Below are positions 15,419 to 30,348 of a stretch of DNA of 64,000 bases, piece by piece. The stretch's first letter is position 1; each line of letters starts with the position of its first letter. Under the pieces are notes generated by a model, which had not been told where the DNA came from, searched no databases, and saw only the letters and a list, made by a program, of their open reading frames with translations. The DNA is from Blastocystis sp. Blastoise. Its lineage: Eukaryota > Protista > Bigyra: Opalinata. The stretch is from contig JBBPEB010000003.1 of NCBI GenBank assembly GCA_039096225.1, positions 930,001-994,000 on the forward strand. The letters run 5' to 3'. Made by a program: the position numbers and the translations under genes.

Positions 15419-16379
15419 GTATGTGTTTTGTGTATTTAAATGGTTTCTCGATATAATTATATATAAATATTTGTAATGATTAAAAAAAAAAAGAAAACTT
15501 ATAAAGTATGATAAAAATGATTGAGTAACAAACATTTTGTGTATCATAAGTAAATAGTATATAATAATAATATAACCAAACAAATGAACGATGTTTTTTT
15601 GTTTTTAAGATTTTGTAATTTTTTTTTGTTTTAAATTTTATAATTTTTTTTTGTTTTAATATTTTATAATTTTTTTTTTGCTTTATATTTTTTTAATAGT
15701 AAAGCGCTTCTTACCATCAAATAAATTATATATATATATATATATAAATATAATATAAATATACTGCACAAATAAAATATTTGATGCAAGAAGTAATTAA
15801 GATAGATAAAAATAAAAAGATAGATAAAGTATATATTTTTTAACCCTCATTAAAAAACATAATAATAGAATAAAACTATATATTTATTTAAAATAATAAA
15901 TTAAATAAAAAAAATATATAGAATAAACTAATATAAATATATATAAGTAAAAATATAAGTTTCTTTTCTCAAATAAAAGAAAATTCTAATATTTACTCAA
16001 TTAATAAAAATAACGAAATAAAAATAAAAATAAAAAATAAAAACCCGCCATCAAGTAATATATATATATATGAATGTACATATATATATACATACGAGAG
16101 GAATAAATAATGAGTTCTACAACTCTCATTAGACTAAAAAATATATATATATAATAAAATTATATATATATAAATATATATACAAATAATTATAACATAA
16201 TTATAAGTATATATCTAAAAAACTACTGTATAATAAATATATATATTTTCTTGTTATTTGTTCACTAATAATAATATAATTACTAGATCATGGAAATAAC
16301 AAAGAAAAAAAAAAAGAAAAAAAGAAAAAAAAGAATCAAAAGGACAGATAAAGAATAATATTCTATATATATATATAGT

Positions 16380-19300
16380 TTATATTCCAAATCTAAAATA
16401 TCCTAAAGGTTCTGGATCTTTATATCTCAAATGACCATATAAACGATGATTCTCTGCTAATTGTTCACGTCCCTTATTAAAATTATAAGTAGAATGTTGC
16501 GCATATTCTGGTCTTTTTGTACCTTTAAACATATTTCTAGGTAAATCGTCATCAGGTATTTCTTTAAGGAGTTCATTTGTTTGATCAAATTGACTCATAT
16601 CCGGAGGATCTATAATCCAATCACCTAAAAATGGACTTCTTCTATAAATATCAAGATATTTCTTATAATAGGTTTCTTCATCCATAACATCATTAGTATC
16701 ACTCCAAAGAGGAGACTGAATACTATTACAATAATCTTTCATAGATATACGATGTCTATTAGCTACAAAATAAAAATCCATATATGGATTATAATGTTTT
16801 GAGGTAGCATCAATAACTTCACATATATATTTATTATTAATAATATAATCAGGTAAATCATTAATACAAGCATGATGGAGATTATTTGCATTTTGAAATA
16901 TAGTATGTTTCTTATCATATAACTTAGTAAAATCAACATGTATATCTGAAGATATATTCATAGAAGCTAACATTTGATTCATCTCATTTTCAGTTAAAAG
17001 TAAATTTTTAGATATTTTCATATTTGATAGCATATCTGATAATTTATCAAATTGATCTTTTTCTTCTTTAGTATTATCATTTTCATTAGGATCAGGATTC
17101 TTATTATATAATCCCATGGTATGATAACTATCTTTAATCTCTTTATGAAAATAAGAACTACACATTCGAGGTCCATCTATATTTCCATGAAAATAACTAC
17201 TTCTTAAGCTAGTAAGTCTATTCGTATTCGTGATTCTATTAGGATCTGCTAAGGACTCAGGAGGAGGAAGAGGAACATAATTCTCATCAAATTGAGGTTT
17301 CTTTTCAAATTTAATAACAGGAATAGGATCAGTCATAAGTAATTCACGATTATGTATATAGGATGGAAGTGGCTCTTTTTTCTTCGTATTATCAGGTGTT
17401 TTTGCTATTGGAAACTGTTCCCAAAAGGAATTAGGAAATTGAAAAAAACGCTGTTGGGGAGGTATAATAGCAGCATGATTTGGGTCATTATAACGGTTTT
17501 GTAAATAAACAGGAACTTGACGCCTAGGAATAAGATTATTGTTATTATTATTAGCATTAGCATTAATAACCATATTAGCATATTCATTAAATGTAGGTCT
17601 TTGAAGAGTTGGTGGTGGCAACTGCATCAAACCTGTATTAACAAAATTACTACTAATAGGGAAACTATTATTATTACTAGGGAAACCGTTATTATAACCA
17701 TCAGGGAAACCATTATTAGTATTACCATTAGGGAAACTATTATTAGCATGACCAGTAGAGAAACCATTATTAGTATTACCATTAGGGAAACTATTATTAG
17801 CATGACCAGTAGAGAAACCATTAGTATAACCATTAGGGAAACTATTATTAGCATGACCAGTGGAGAAACCATTAGTATAACCATTAGGGAAACTATTATT
17901 AGCATGACCAGTAGAGAAACCATTATTAGTATTACCATTAGGGAAACTATTATTAGCATGACCAGTAGAGAAACCATTAGTATTACCATTAGGGAAACTA
18001 TTATTAGCATGACCAGTAGAGAAACCATTATTAGTATTACCATTAGGGAAACCATTAGTATAACCATTAGGGAAACTATTATTAGCATGACCAGTAGAGA
18101 AACCATTATTAGTATTACCATTAGGGAAACTATTATTAGCATGACCAGTAGAGAAACCATTAGTATTACCATTAGGGAAACTATTATTAGCATGACCAGT
18201 AGAGAAACCATTATTAGTATTACCATTAGGAAAACCATTAGGGAAACTATTATTAGCATGACCAGTAGAGAAACCATTAGTATTAGCATTACCATTAGAA
18301 AAGCCAAAACCATTAGTATTATTATTATTCATTCTCATATTACTAGCCGCTTGAAATGAATTATTATTAGTTACTTTAGAATATGTAGATTCATCAATGC
18401 CGAATAAAGGTTGTTCGTTATAATTGTCAACATAATGCCGCCGATAATACTCCAGTGTATTACCATTAGCTTGAAAAGGCTTATAGTCATCATCATCATC
18501 ATGATGACTAAATGGCCATTCTATTTCATTACTTCCATAAAATATATATGTATAAAGTATATATATCAAACGACCTACTGTTTTTCCTATTAAAGAATAA
18601 TAATCGAACCAAAATACAAGAAATTTAAATATGGCATGACCAATAACATCACCAATACTACAAACGTATTGATTCACTCTAAGAAGAAATGCTTTATCAT
18701 TATCCAGTTCATCTATATAATCTTCATGTTCCATTCGATCGTCTTCTTCAAAATACATATCAGTATTGAATAAATCGATACATAATCCTTCTTTTATTTT
18801 AAGGTAATTTACACGATCTTCTTTTGGTATTTCTACTTCTAATGACAGATGTGCAAGTAAATCTTCTAATTTATCCATAGATTCTTGTTCATTAAAATTT
18901 TCAGAATATAATACTTCACGAGAAACGGCCGAATAAGGATCTTCTTCAATAATCATACCAGCTTGTTTTAATTGATCAATTGAAACAACATCATCATTAT
19001 TAACAATAAGTTCATCAAAAGTAATATTGTCTATATCAAAATAATCTTCTAATAATTTACAAGAAGAATCCATGATAGCATTATTAACAAAAACATCATA
19101 TTCACAGACAATTCTCTTTCTACTATCATTAGTATAATCTCTCCAGAAAGGAGGTATTAAGAATCTTTGACTTAAAAGACAAGTAAAGAACCATTTTACC
19201 ATTTCTTTCATCATATCATAATAATAACGTCTTGAACGCACAATACATGCACTCCATCGATAAGAACTTATATAAGCTAATTGATATAATATATTAGTAT

Positions 19301-21434
19301 TTAAATTCTTAAATAAATAATGTGATACATAAAAAATAGAAAATTGATAAAAACGAACTAAAAATATAGAAGGTAAAAATGGATAAAGGAAATAATTCAT
19401 AGATTTATATATATAATATATATATTTAGATAATCTATGTAACAGCACTGATTTTGGATTACTTTCATAACTATTTTCAAAGAGAGAAAGAGGTAAGCAT
19501 AAAAGAGATACTATATAGATTGTTTTATTATAATTATGTATAAAAGATATAGTATAGTATAGTATATTCTATATATATACTGTTAATAGTTGTCATAATA
19601 GCAAACACTATTTTTATTTCAGTCGGAAGCGGTATAGCACTCCAATAGAACCAATTACAGCATCGACATATACCTATATAATAAGAAGAGCTTAGATATA
19701 TATTTATAAAAAAAAAAAAAAAATAAAAAAAAAAATAAAAATAATAATAATAAATATAAATATAAAAAAATAATAAAAATAATAAAAAAAAATATATATA
19801 TATACCAAAAATAGTGTTAAAAATAAATCCAAGAACATAACCAACATAACTCGCAAATCCAGCACAAAGATATTTTATCACATAAAAAATATAATCGAAA
19901 GGATTCACAAGAAAATCTTTAAATATAAATTCGAAGAAAGAAACATAATTACTTGGTTTTAGAAGAGAAAAAATAAAAATAAATGGGAATATTAAGATAT
20001 CCCTTACCCAACCATATATGGTTCCAACAACATATACAGTTATATCTGTAATGAAATCTATAACACACATCATATGTTCATAAGTAAACACTTTAAAGAA
20101 GACGTCAATCCAGTAATTAATAATAGATTTAATTAATAAGATAATACCTTGTATAATTACACTGAAATAATTATAAATTGTACTAGTGACACGAAGGATA
20201 ATTAAGGTGGTGGTGGTGACTTTGGTGGTATTCTCCTTCACATCACTTGTAGTAGTAGTAGTAGTAGTAATAGAATCATCAGTAGTAATAGTAGACAAAG
20301 GTATAGAAGAACCGGAATTAACAGTAGTAGGAACTTCTTCATATTCAGATTTACTTTTAGAATCAATAAATATTTTCGAAAATAAACGAATGGTCTCTGA
20401 TACAACATAATAAGTAGAATAATCATCGGGACAAATAGTAATATACGTATATACAGGAGTATTAATAGTAGTAGTATTAGTATTAGGGTTTTTATTTATA
20501 TCATTATAATTATTGTTATAATTATTATTTGACATAATATTAGAATTTTTTATTTGACTAGAAACTATATTTTTCTTATCTATATTCATTTTTTTGAGGG
20601 TAAAAAATGGAAGTATAGAATTTTTTATAGTTTTTATAGTTTTAGGGTTGATATAACCATATATACCTATAAAGTACTTATTATTATTAATAAGTTTATC
20701 TTTAATAGGATCCATATGATTATAAGAACGACATTGAATATTTTTATATTCGACACTAACCGACAAAGGCATAGTCTGAGGCTTATAATAATATATTTTA
20801 TCAGAATTCTTATAATAATAATATTCTTTCATAATCGTACCAGTCAAACAATGATTTAAATATAAATCAAGTATGAACTTATTAGAAAACAAAAGAACAA
20901 TATTGCTATTATAATTTTCATCATAAGAAATATTATTAACATGCGGCTTCGATAATACGACTTTAGAAGACATCGATTTCCTATGAGACATCAACGATTT
21001 AGAATCATGAAACTCAAAGGGAATACGGTTTCCAGTCACATTACTCGAAGGAACAAAGCAAACCTATAAAAATAATATATATTAAATATAAACGAAAATT
21101 GACGTGATAAAAAAAATTAAAAGTATCTTTGAATGAAGAGAAAGAGTAGAATGCGCTTGAGCATATCAAGCACCAACATATTCTCAACAGTTAAAGCAAA
21201 AATAAAGACACAAAAAAGAAGCATAATACATACCATGACTTTATCTGGGTCAGAGCCAGTAGGATCAGCCGTCGCTTGACGAAGGGGATCGTTGTCAAAG
21301 CTCTCAGGTAGTGCGCCAGGCTTGAGGTAAAAGTAGGCAATGTAATACTAGACAAAATGAGCGAGATCGATAATAAAACATACGGCAACAACAGTGTATA
21401 ACACATAAACGAAGAATTCACGTAAGGAAATCAT
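16380..21434 (-). CDS. Large hypothetical membrane protein with N/G/F-rich tandem repeats
   Basis: ATG at 21434 (MISLREFFVYVLYTVVA). A 36-nt intron at 21348-21383, exon 21234-21347 and intron 21064-21233 then join ORFs 19534-21039 and 16380-19448 via further introns. Contains several hydrophobic segments and a repeat block. Confidence 0.7.
17690..18310 (-). repeat. Coding minisatellite (~45-48 bp units) encoding NGFSTGHANNSFP(NGNTN/NGYT)
   Basis: About ten near-identical GFSTGHANNSFP copies. The repeat also keeps alternative and antisense frames open. Confidence 0.92.
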
Positions 21435-22573
21435 TTCTAAGGCTGAAGCAGTAAGTTAGAGAGCTAACAAAAGTTAAGGTGTCTTGGCGTTTTCTTTCTA
21501 CTCTTAAAAGTTCCCCCCATAAATGTTTTAAGGGGGTAATTTTGGCACCATTGAAATTATAACGGCAAATTAAAAATTTCTTAGTTTTCCCCACGAATAT
21601 TCTTATTTTCATAGTCAATATTTTATATTTTCTATACTACTTTCGATTATTGTTGTTTTGCTTATATACCTTGATTAACCCCACAAAGTACCCATATAAA
21701 CAAAAGTATATCATAATAGATACGTTAATAGAGCTTATGAATGCGGTGAATAGTGAAAAAAATTGATGAATAGCCATGATGTTCGAACAATAGTTCGATA
21801 TTTTACTATAAGAATGATATGATGAGAATATAGATCTGAAATGGGATACTAAAATTAGAAAACTAAGTAAATGAATAATATAAATATCATGAAAAAGTAA
21901 TAAAAAGTCTTTTTGAATATAGGATACTATTATTTAAAGCAATAAAGGTTTTCTACGAATATATTTGAAGTGTATGCCGATCATCTATTCAGTAAAAAGA
22001 ATACAATGACTAAAAAATCAATTGAAAAAGGCAATTAAATAATAAATAATATTCATAAACAATTCTTTCGTATGTTTCTTATATATAAAAAAACATATTT
22101 TACAAATAATCCATTCATTAATCTTTTTTTCAAAGTAAATAAACATGATGAACATTCTATAAATCTTTTTTTCTATCTTCTACAAATAAAATAAATAATG
22201 AGTCAACTTTTCATTTCAATTTCTTTTTAATAAAATCATTTCTTTTTCTTTTTCTTCTATCTATACTTACTCTTTTCTCACAATTCTTTATGGTATCTAA
22301 TTAAAAAATAGATATAAAAAAAAGAATAAAAAGAATTCAGTTGAAATGAATTTCTTGACTATAATCTTGAATATCTTATTGATTCCACTTCTATTCTATA
22401 AAATAATCATGAACATTTCTTATTCAATAAAAAAAATCTAAAAAAAAAAAAATCTTGATCGGGTTTCTCGAATCAGTAATCAGGTTGAAACTTCTCTTCT
22501 TTTCTTTATAAAATAAAAACTATTTGTTTTACATAAAAAAATATATATTTTTTATTAAAATAAAACTTAAAGA

Positions 22574-25500
22574 ATGTCAAGTTACAGCGATTATTACAAT
22601 GATGATGAACGTTATTTATTATGTGAAGTATGTTAATCCATTTTAATTTTTTTTTGTTTATAAATATAAATAAATTATATATATAGGATAAGAAACACTA
22701 TATAGATAGTTTGCCTTCTACTGAAAAGAATCTTATCTTAAAAGTATATATAAAATAATAATAATTTCTTTATATAAAAAAAATATATATTTTTAGATAA
22801 CTTATTATCAACAACATGATTCTCTTGGTGAGAAAGAGAAGATAAATAAATTAATAGATGAATTACGTAAAGAGAATACAAGAGAAGCCGAGAAATTGAA
22901 GTTTCAACAAGAATTATTAGAAAATAAAGAAGATGAGCTTTCTCCTGAATTAAAGAAATCATTAATGGATAAATTAAATATAAAATTAACTCCTCCTCAG
23001 AAGATCAATATAAGTAGAGTAAATAATGAAGAAACAATGAATAGAAATGAGAATAATAGTATAACAAGTCTTTCAAAAGAAGTTTATCAAGAATTATTTG
23101 ATTCAAAATTATCTATAGATACTATAAGTGAATGCGGTATAAATAAATTTTTCAAATTATTAAGTGAAAAAGAGATTTCTGAAATATTATTAAAGAAAAT
23201 ACATAATAGTGGTATTCCAGGCTTTTTAGATGCTTTAAAGAAATATAAATTAAAAGCAAAAGATTTTGATATATCGAAATATTTTTATTTATTATCTTTA
23301 GATGAATTAATAGAATTAAATTCTACTAGTAATAATAATGAATATTCAAAGAATCATGATTATGTAATACAATATATGAAATGTATATCTTCAAAATATA
23401 ATTTAGAAGATAAAGATGAATATATACCTTATTATAAAGAATTAGAAGAATATATATCTACACTTCCTTATCCTACAAAATATTTTGAAGTATCTGTTTA
23501 TTATAGTCATTTAGAATATTTAGAAAAACATAATGAATATGATTTAGATCTATTAAAATATTTTCTTTCTATTCCTAAACCAGAAAATATATATATGAAA
23601 GAAGTGAATAAATTATCATTAATATCTTATTTTCTTCCTTTTTCTTCTTCTTTAAAATCACAGTTAAAAATAAATAATTTAGAATCAATCGATAATTATA
23701 ATTGTGCTCCATTTTGTAAGAATTATTATACATCTGAATCTCTTAATGTTATAAATCGAATTCTTTGTCATTTCTTCTTAGAAGTAGATAAATCTATATT
23801 TAGTGAATATATAGAAGAAAAGAAATTAAATGAATTATATGAAACTACATTATTATTATCAGGTCAATCTAAAATAGCTCCTCATTTATCAAAATATACT
23901 ATAGAACATTTAGAAAGAACAAAGAAATTATGTTTTGAAAATTATAATAAAGAACATTTTATATATGGTGAACCAATTGATATATATTGTAAAGTAAAGA
24001 ATATTTCTAGTTTTACTGTACAGTTATTTCGTATAAATTTATTAAATTATTATAAAGAGAATCATTCAACTATAATTCAAAGTGATATTGATTTAGATGG
24101 TCTTATACCTCAATATACAAAAATATATATAAATGATAAACCATCTATTGTAGAATATACACAAAAGTATATTTAAGATTTTTTTTATTATATATTTAAG
24201 ATTTTTATTATTATATATTTAAGTTTTTTATTATTATATATTTAAGATTTTTATTATATTTATTATATTTATTATATTTATTATATTTATAAACATAATA
24301 TTATATAGATTAGATCTTCCTAATATAAGTGAACGTGGTGTATATATAATTAATATAATGGGTGAACAATTTGCTTCTAGAGCATTAATATATTATGGAT
24401 CAGTATATATATATATATAATAATAAATATAATATATAATAAATATAATATATATAGATTCATATATTAGAGCAAAAGACAATAAATGGTCATATATTTC
24501 ATATTCTTGATGAGAAGAATAATAAGTTTTCTTCTAGTTTATGTTCTGCTATATTAAATGAGAAAGAATTTAATATGTCTAAAGATACAAATACACTTTG
24601 TATTCCATATTTTCCTATAAATACATCAGATAGTACAGAAATACTATATTTTATAATAAAACAAGAAGAGAATGATTATATATATCCTTATTCCTTTACT
24701 CATTTATCTAGGAAATATGAATTAGAATTACATAGTTATATAGATATAGAAAGTCCAATGAAAGGAAATAATAATATGTTATGTATGAATCATATTGTAT
24801 GTACAATGAATAATAGTTGTATATATCCTTTAGAATTATTAAAAGATGTAGAATTTACATTTTTAGTAACAAATCAAGAAGATATAATAAGTAAAATAAA
24901 TAAGAAAAATATTCAATTACAGAATAATAAAGATTATATTCAATCTCTTCATTGTTCTGATATATATAAAAATATAGAAGTACAAATACAATGTACTATA
25001 GGTGAAGGAGAAAATAGAATTATATTACAATCAAAATCAATTGCTTATTCTCCTTCTGATTCTTCTATAATAAATAATTATAATAATAAACAAAATTTAC
25101 TTCAATGTCATTATTTTAGATCTATAGATAAGAATAATAATAATATTATACATAATTATCTTATTACGGATATAACTGGAAAAGAACAATCTAATTTAGA
25201 TGTTACTATTGATATTCAAGTATATATTTATTTTAATTTATTTTATATTATTTATTTAAATTATAATTTATATTATAATATACTATATAATTTCATTATA
25301 TATACTATATAGACTTCTGTACTTAAGTCCTCTTTACAATTTTCATTAGTAACAAATTCTGATGGTTATATAAGTATTCCAACTCTTCCTTATATGACTT
25401 CTATAACTATAACAAATAATGATTTAATATATAAGAATTCTATTTATACTCATCCTTATAGTAGTATATGTATAGATCCTATTTGTTTAGATATAGATCC

Positions 25501-28500
25501 TATTCAATTTTCATTATATAATACATATGTTCCTATACCTTGTACTATTGAAGATCTTTATTATTCTTATATTACTTTATATTCTATGGATACTAATGGA
25601 AATATAGCTATAGATTATACTGAATATATGAGTTTAACTAAAGATAATTATATAGTTGTATCTAATTTACCTCAAGGTAATTATATATTAACAATATTTT
25701 CAGATTATGAAAGTCCTATAAAGAAAACATTTAATGTAAAGAAAGTATGTAAAGATATTCATTTATTTGATGGATATGCTATTACAGAAACAGGTGGATT
25801 ATTTAAACATAAATTTATTCCTGTATCTTGTCATTTAGAAGAAGAAAAAGAAAATTGTTATATATATTCAATTAATGGAAATAAATTAAAATCTTTACAA
25901 ATTAAAATAATAGCACATACATTTGATACGGATATATATTCTTTATTAGACTATTGTATACCTAAAAATTTATCTTATACATCCTGTAAATGGAATATTC
26001 CAGAATCTTATTATATTAATGGAAGAAAATTACCTGAAGAATTTATGTATATATATGGGTTTTTATTTATTTATTTATATATATTATTTATATATTAATA
26101 ATAATATAATAAAATAATAATATATTTTTTTATAGGTATATAGAAGAACGTCGTAAACATAAGAATCCATTACCTGGTAATTCGTTGAATCATCCTGGAT
26201 TATTAATAACTCCTCATAAATATCAATCTACTAAGAATGAAGATAAACAAGCAAAAGAAGGGGATGCTTATGAATCTGTAGCTCAAAAGAATATGATGAG
26301 TAAAAAGAATTATTGTGCTTCAAATCCTATTATAAATAATAATGATAAATATAGTAAGAAATGTAATTATCAATATTATAGAACACCTTCTATAATAATT
26401 CCTCATGTTGATATTAATGAAAAGAATAATACATTTATAATAAATAAGAGTGATTTAGAAATATATAAAGAAATAGGTTGTGAACTATCTATTATTCTTT
26501 ATGATGATGAATCTTATTATATAGATAATACAATTATACAATGTACAGAAATACGTAAAGATTTAACAACTAATATTAGTTTTAAAGAAGGATTTGATTG
26601 TAATAAACATTATGTAATACAAAATAATATAAGTTGTTTAAATACAAAAGAAATTAAAGATCATATTGAAGTTACTGATATTACTGATATTACTGCGTAT
26701 ATTATTATTTTTATTTATATTATATTAATTATATTTATATTATATATTATATATAGAATGGAAACAATAAATGATGTTTTTAATTATTTAGAATTAATAT
26801 CTAAAAATAATAATATAAATATAAAAGAATATTCATTTTTAACAAATTGGTATAATTTATCTCAAGATAAAAAACAATATTATTATAAGAAATATGCTTG
26901 CCATGAATTTGATTTCTTTATATATAAAAAAGATCAATTATTCTTTTTAAATAGTATATTACCTTTACTTCAAAGTAAATTAGAAAAAGATATTGTTGAT
27001 AAGTATATATTATTTATTATTTTTTTATTATATTATATATATATTTATATATTTATATAGATATTTAGTTGGTGATGATATAAGTAATTATATAGAAATA
27101 AGTAAATATATAAAATTGAATATGTTTGAAAAATGTTTATTATTTTCTTATTTATTATCTCATGGTCACAAGCAAGAAGAATATACATTATTATTAGAGA
27201 ATATAAAAGAGAGATCTGAAGAATCAAAAATGTCTATGAATCAATATTTAAAGTTATTTGATATAGCTATGAAAATGAAAGGACTTGAAACTCCTAAACA
27301 ACCTGAATTTATTGATAAAAGTATATATATATATATTATATTATATTATATTATATATATATTATATAGATGATGATAATAATGATAATAATAATGAAGC
27401 TGATTCACTAGAATATGAAGAAGAAGAAGAAGAAGAAGATTTAGGAGGATCATCATTATTTGATGGTGATACACAAATTACTAAATTTTTTTCTCGATCT
27501 TCACGAAATTCTGGTTTTGGATCTAGTATGGGTTCTTCTTCTAATAATGATAATAATACTTTATATTCTAGTATGTATTCTGCTGCTCCTATAGCTGCTC
27601 CTATGCCTCCTATACCTCCTATGATGTGTTGTGCTGCTGCTCCTTGTGATGTATCTTTTGCTTCTGATTCTATTTCTCCACCTATGCCAAATAGACCTAT
27701 GCTTCGAGGAATGCCAAGAATGAAAATGTTAAATAATCGTAGTTTTATGTCTAAAGCTAAATGTGGAGATATCTTATCTAGTACTTCTACTACTACTAAT
27801 AATGAATTAGAGAATGAAGAAGAGAATATAAAAGAGATATCAATGGATAATTTATATTATAAAGGAATAGAAACAACAAATGAATATCATGAAACCTTTT
27901 ATATAGATCAACATACATTAATATCAGATCCTTCATTAATAGATATAAATCCTTTTTGGTATGATTATATTCTTCATATAATAAAGAATCCTTCTATTCC
28001 TTTCTTATCCTCCAATTTCTATTATTGTACAAAGAATATAACAGAATTATTATTATGTATATCTCTGTTAGATCTTCCTTTTGAATTGATTCATTCTTAT
28101 ACTTATTCTAAGAATATATCAGGATCTTTTGTTCTTAATACAAGTCAACCTACTATTTTATTCTATAAACAATCTTCTATTCAAGAATGTTCTTCTCATG
28201 ATACTTTAACTATATATCAAAAATATATAGATACAAATGATTCATCAACAATTTATAATTCTCAAAAAGTAACAAAATATATGACTGAAAATACATTTAT
28301 TATTGGAAATCCATATACTTGTGAAGTATATATTTATATTTTATATTTATTTATATTTTATATATTTTATAATAATAAATTAATAATAAAATAATTAAAA
28401 AATATATTTATATAGTTAATAATAAGTAATATATCTCCAATTCAATATGATATAAATATATTTTATCAATTACCTAATGGTTCTTATCCTGTTTTATCTA

Positions 28501-30191
28501 CAAAATATTTCCAAAAAACTGTGAATATAAGTGTTTCTCCTTATTCTACAAAACGTATTCAATATTCATTTTTCTTCCCTTCAATAGGTCAATTTTCTCA
28601 TTATCCTGCTCATATAATTGATACTGAAACTCAACAATTAATTACTTATGCTCAAAATAATAAGAATACAAATGATATAATGAATGTAATAGAGAAAAAA
28701 GAGAAAATAGATAAAGAAAGTTGGAATGATATTTGTTTATATGGAACAAATAATGATATAATATCATTTATTAAAAGTCATAATATGAATTATTATAATC
28801 AAAATATATTAAAAGATCATTTATTTGATAAAGATTTTTATTATAATATAATACCCTTATTATTAGAATCTCATTTAAATAGAGATATTATATTACCTTA
28901 TAGTTTTTATCATGATGATATAAAGATGATTAAAGAATATTTATCATTATCTTCTATATATAAAGAAGTTAATATATGGTTTATATCTTCATTAATATGT
29001 AGATATCCATCAAAAGTAGATAATTTTCAAATAAAAGAATTTAAGCCTTTAATAAATTCTCGTAAATATAAATTAGGTTCTTTATTATCTATACAGAATA
29101 AAACAATAAAAGAAGAATATGAGAATATCTTATCTTTATTAATAAAGAAATCCGATTTAAATGCATATGATTATATGATATTATGTTATTATTTACTTCT
29201 TCAAGATCGTATTGAATTATCAAGAGATTTATTTTATAATAAAGTATGTTTACCTAAAGAAGAATGGAAAACTGAATGTCCTGAAATTAATATAAAAGAT
29301 ATAATAAGTATTAATGAATATAATAATAGTATTCCTGAAATACAATTTGATTATATGAGTGCTTATATGGATTGTTTTAATATAGAATTTACTTATAGTA
29401 GAAAGATTGTATTAAAATATCATAATTTTCCTAATGATTATTGGAGACAGTTATTTAATGAACTTGAAGATATGATTCATTTATATGATCAACCTATTTC
29501 TATAGAAAAGAGAATTATGATGAATAATGAAGATAATAATAAACAAAAAATAAAGATAGAAGAAGATAATATATCAACAAGAAAGAATTATAATGATTTA
29601 TCAAATAATATTTCTTTATCTATAAGTTGTGAGAATAAAAATATATCAATACAATCTACAAATATAGATACTATACAATTAAATATATATAAGATGGATT
29701 TAGAATATTTATTTTCACTTCGTCCTTTTATGAGTAGTATATCAAATCAATGTTCTTATATATTACCTAATAAGACTATATCGATTGATATTAATAAAGA
29801 GATAATGAATATAGCTATTCCTGAAGAATATATTCAAGAGAATATAATGATTCAAGCTATAGGAAAAGGTCAAACAAGTACTTGTTGTTATTATAATAAT
29901 GGGTTTGATGTAAATCTTTATAGAAATAATGGTTATTTGATTCTTCGTCATAAAGAAACTCAAAAACCTATTCCTTGTGCTTATGTGAAAGTATATGTAA
30001 AAGATAAATCAGATAAGATTTCATTCTTAAAAGATGGTTATACAGATATTACTGGTGGATTTGATTATTGTTCTGTAAGTAATAATTTATTAGAATCTAC
30101 TACAAAGATAGCTATTTATATATGTACTTCTTCTCTTGGATCTACTACAAAAGAAGTATTACCTCCTTCTATTGCTAAATCTATTAATTAA
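22574..30191 (+). CDS. Very large (~2,200 aa) uncharacterised protein, macroglobulin-like family seen in bacteria and protists
   Basis: Consecutive long exons on + from ATG 22574. Conserved-looking blocks INLLNYY..IDLDGL, ERRK..LPGNSLNHPGLLI, ACHEFDFFIYKKD, FWYDY, EFKPLINSR, YYLLLQDRI, QFDYMSAY and C-terminal AYVKVY...FLKDGYTDITGGFDY. The family assignment is from recall, not a search. Confidence 0.75.
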
Positions 30192-30348
30192 TTTTTATAT
30201 TATTTATTGTTTTTATTTATTTTAATTATTTAAAAAAATTTATGTTTTTTATATATATATTTTGTTTTGTTTAAATGAAGTTTTTTTTTTATATAAAGAA
30301 ATTTTTTTAATAAAATAATAATAAAAACAAAATAAATAAAATAGAATA

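Noticed and set aside
17517-18359. 280-aa antisense ORF, 228-aa alternative-frame ORF and the CRISPR-like look of the repeat
   Set aside because: These are by-products of a coding minisatellite. There are no unique spacers or cas genes, and the context is eukaryotic.
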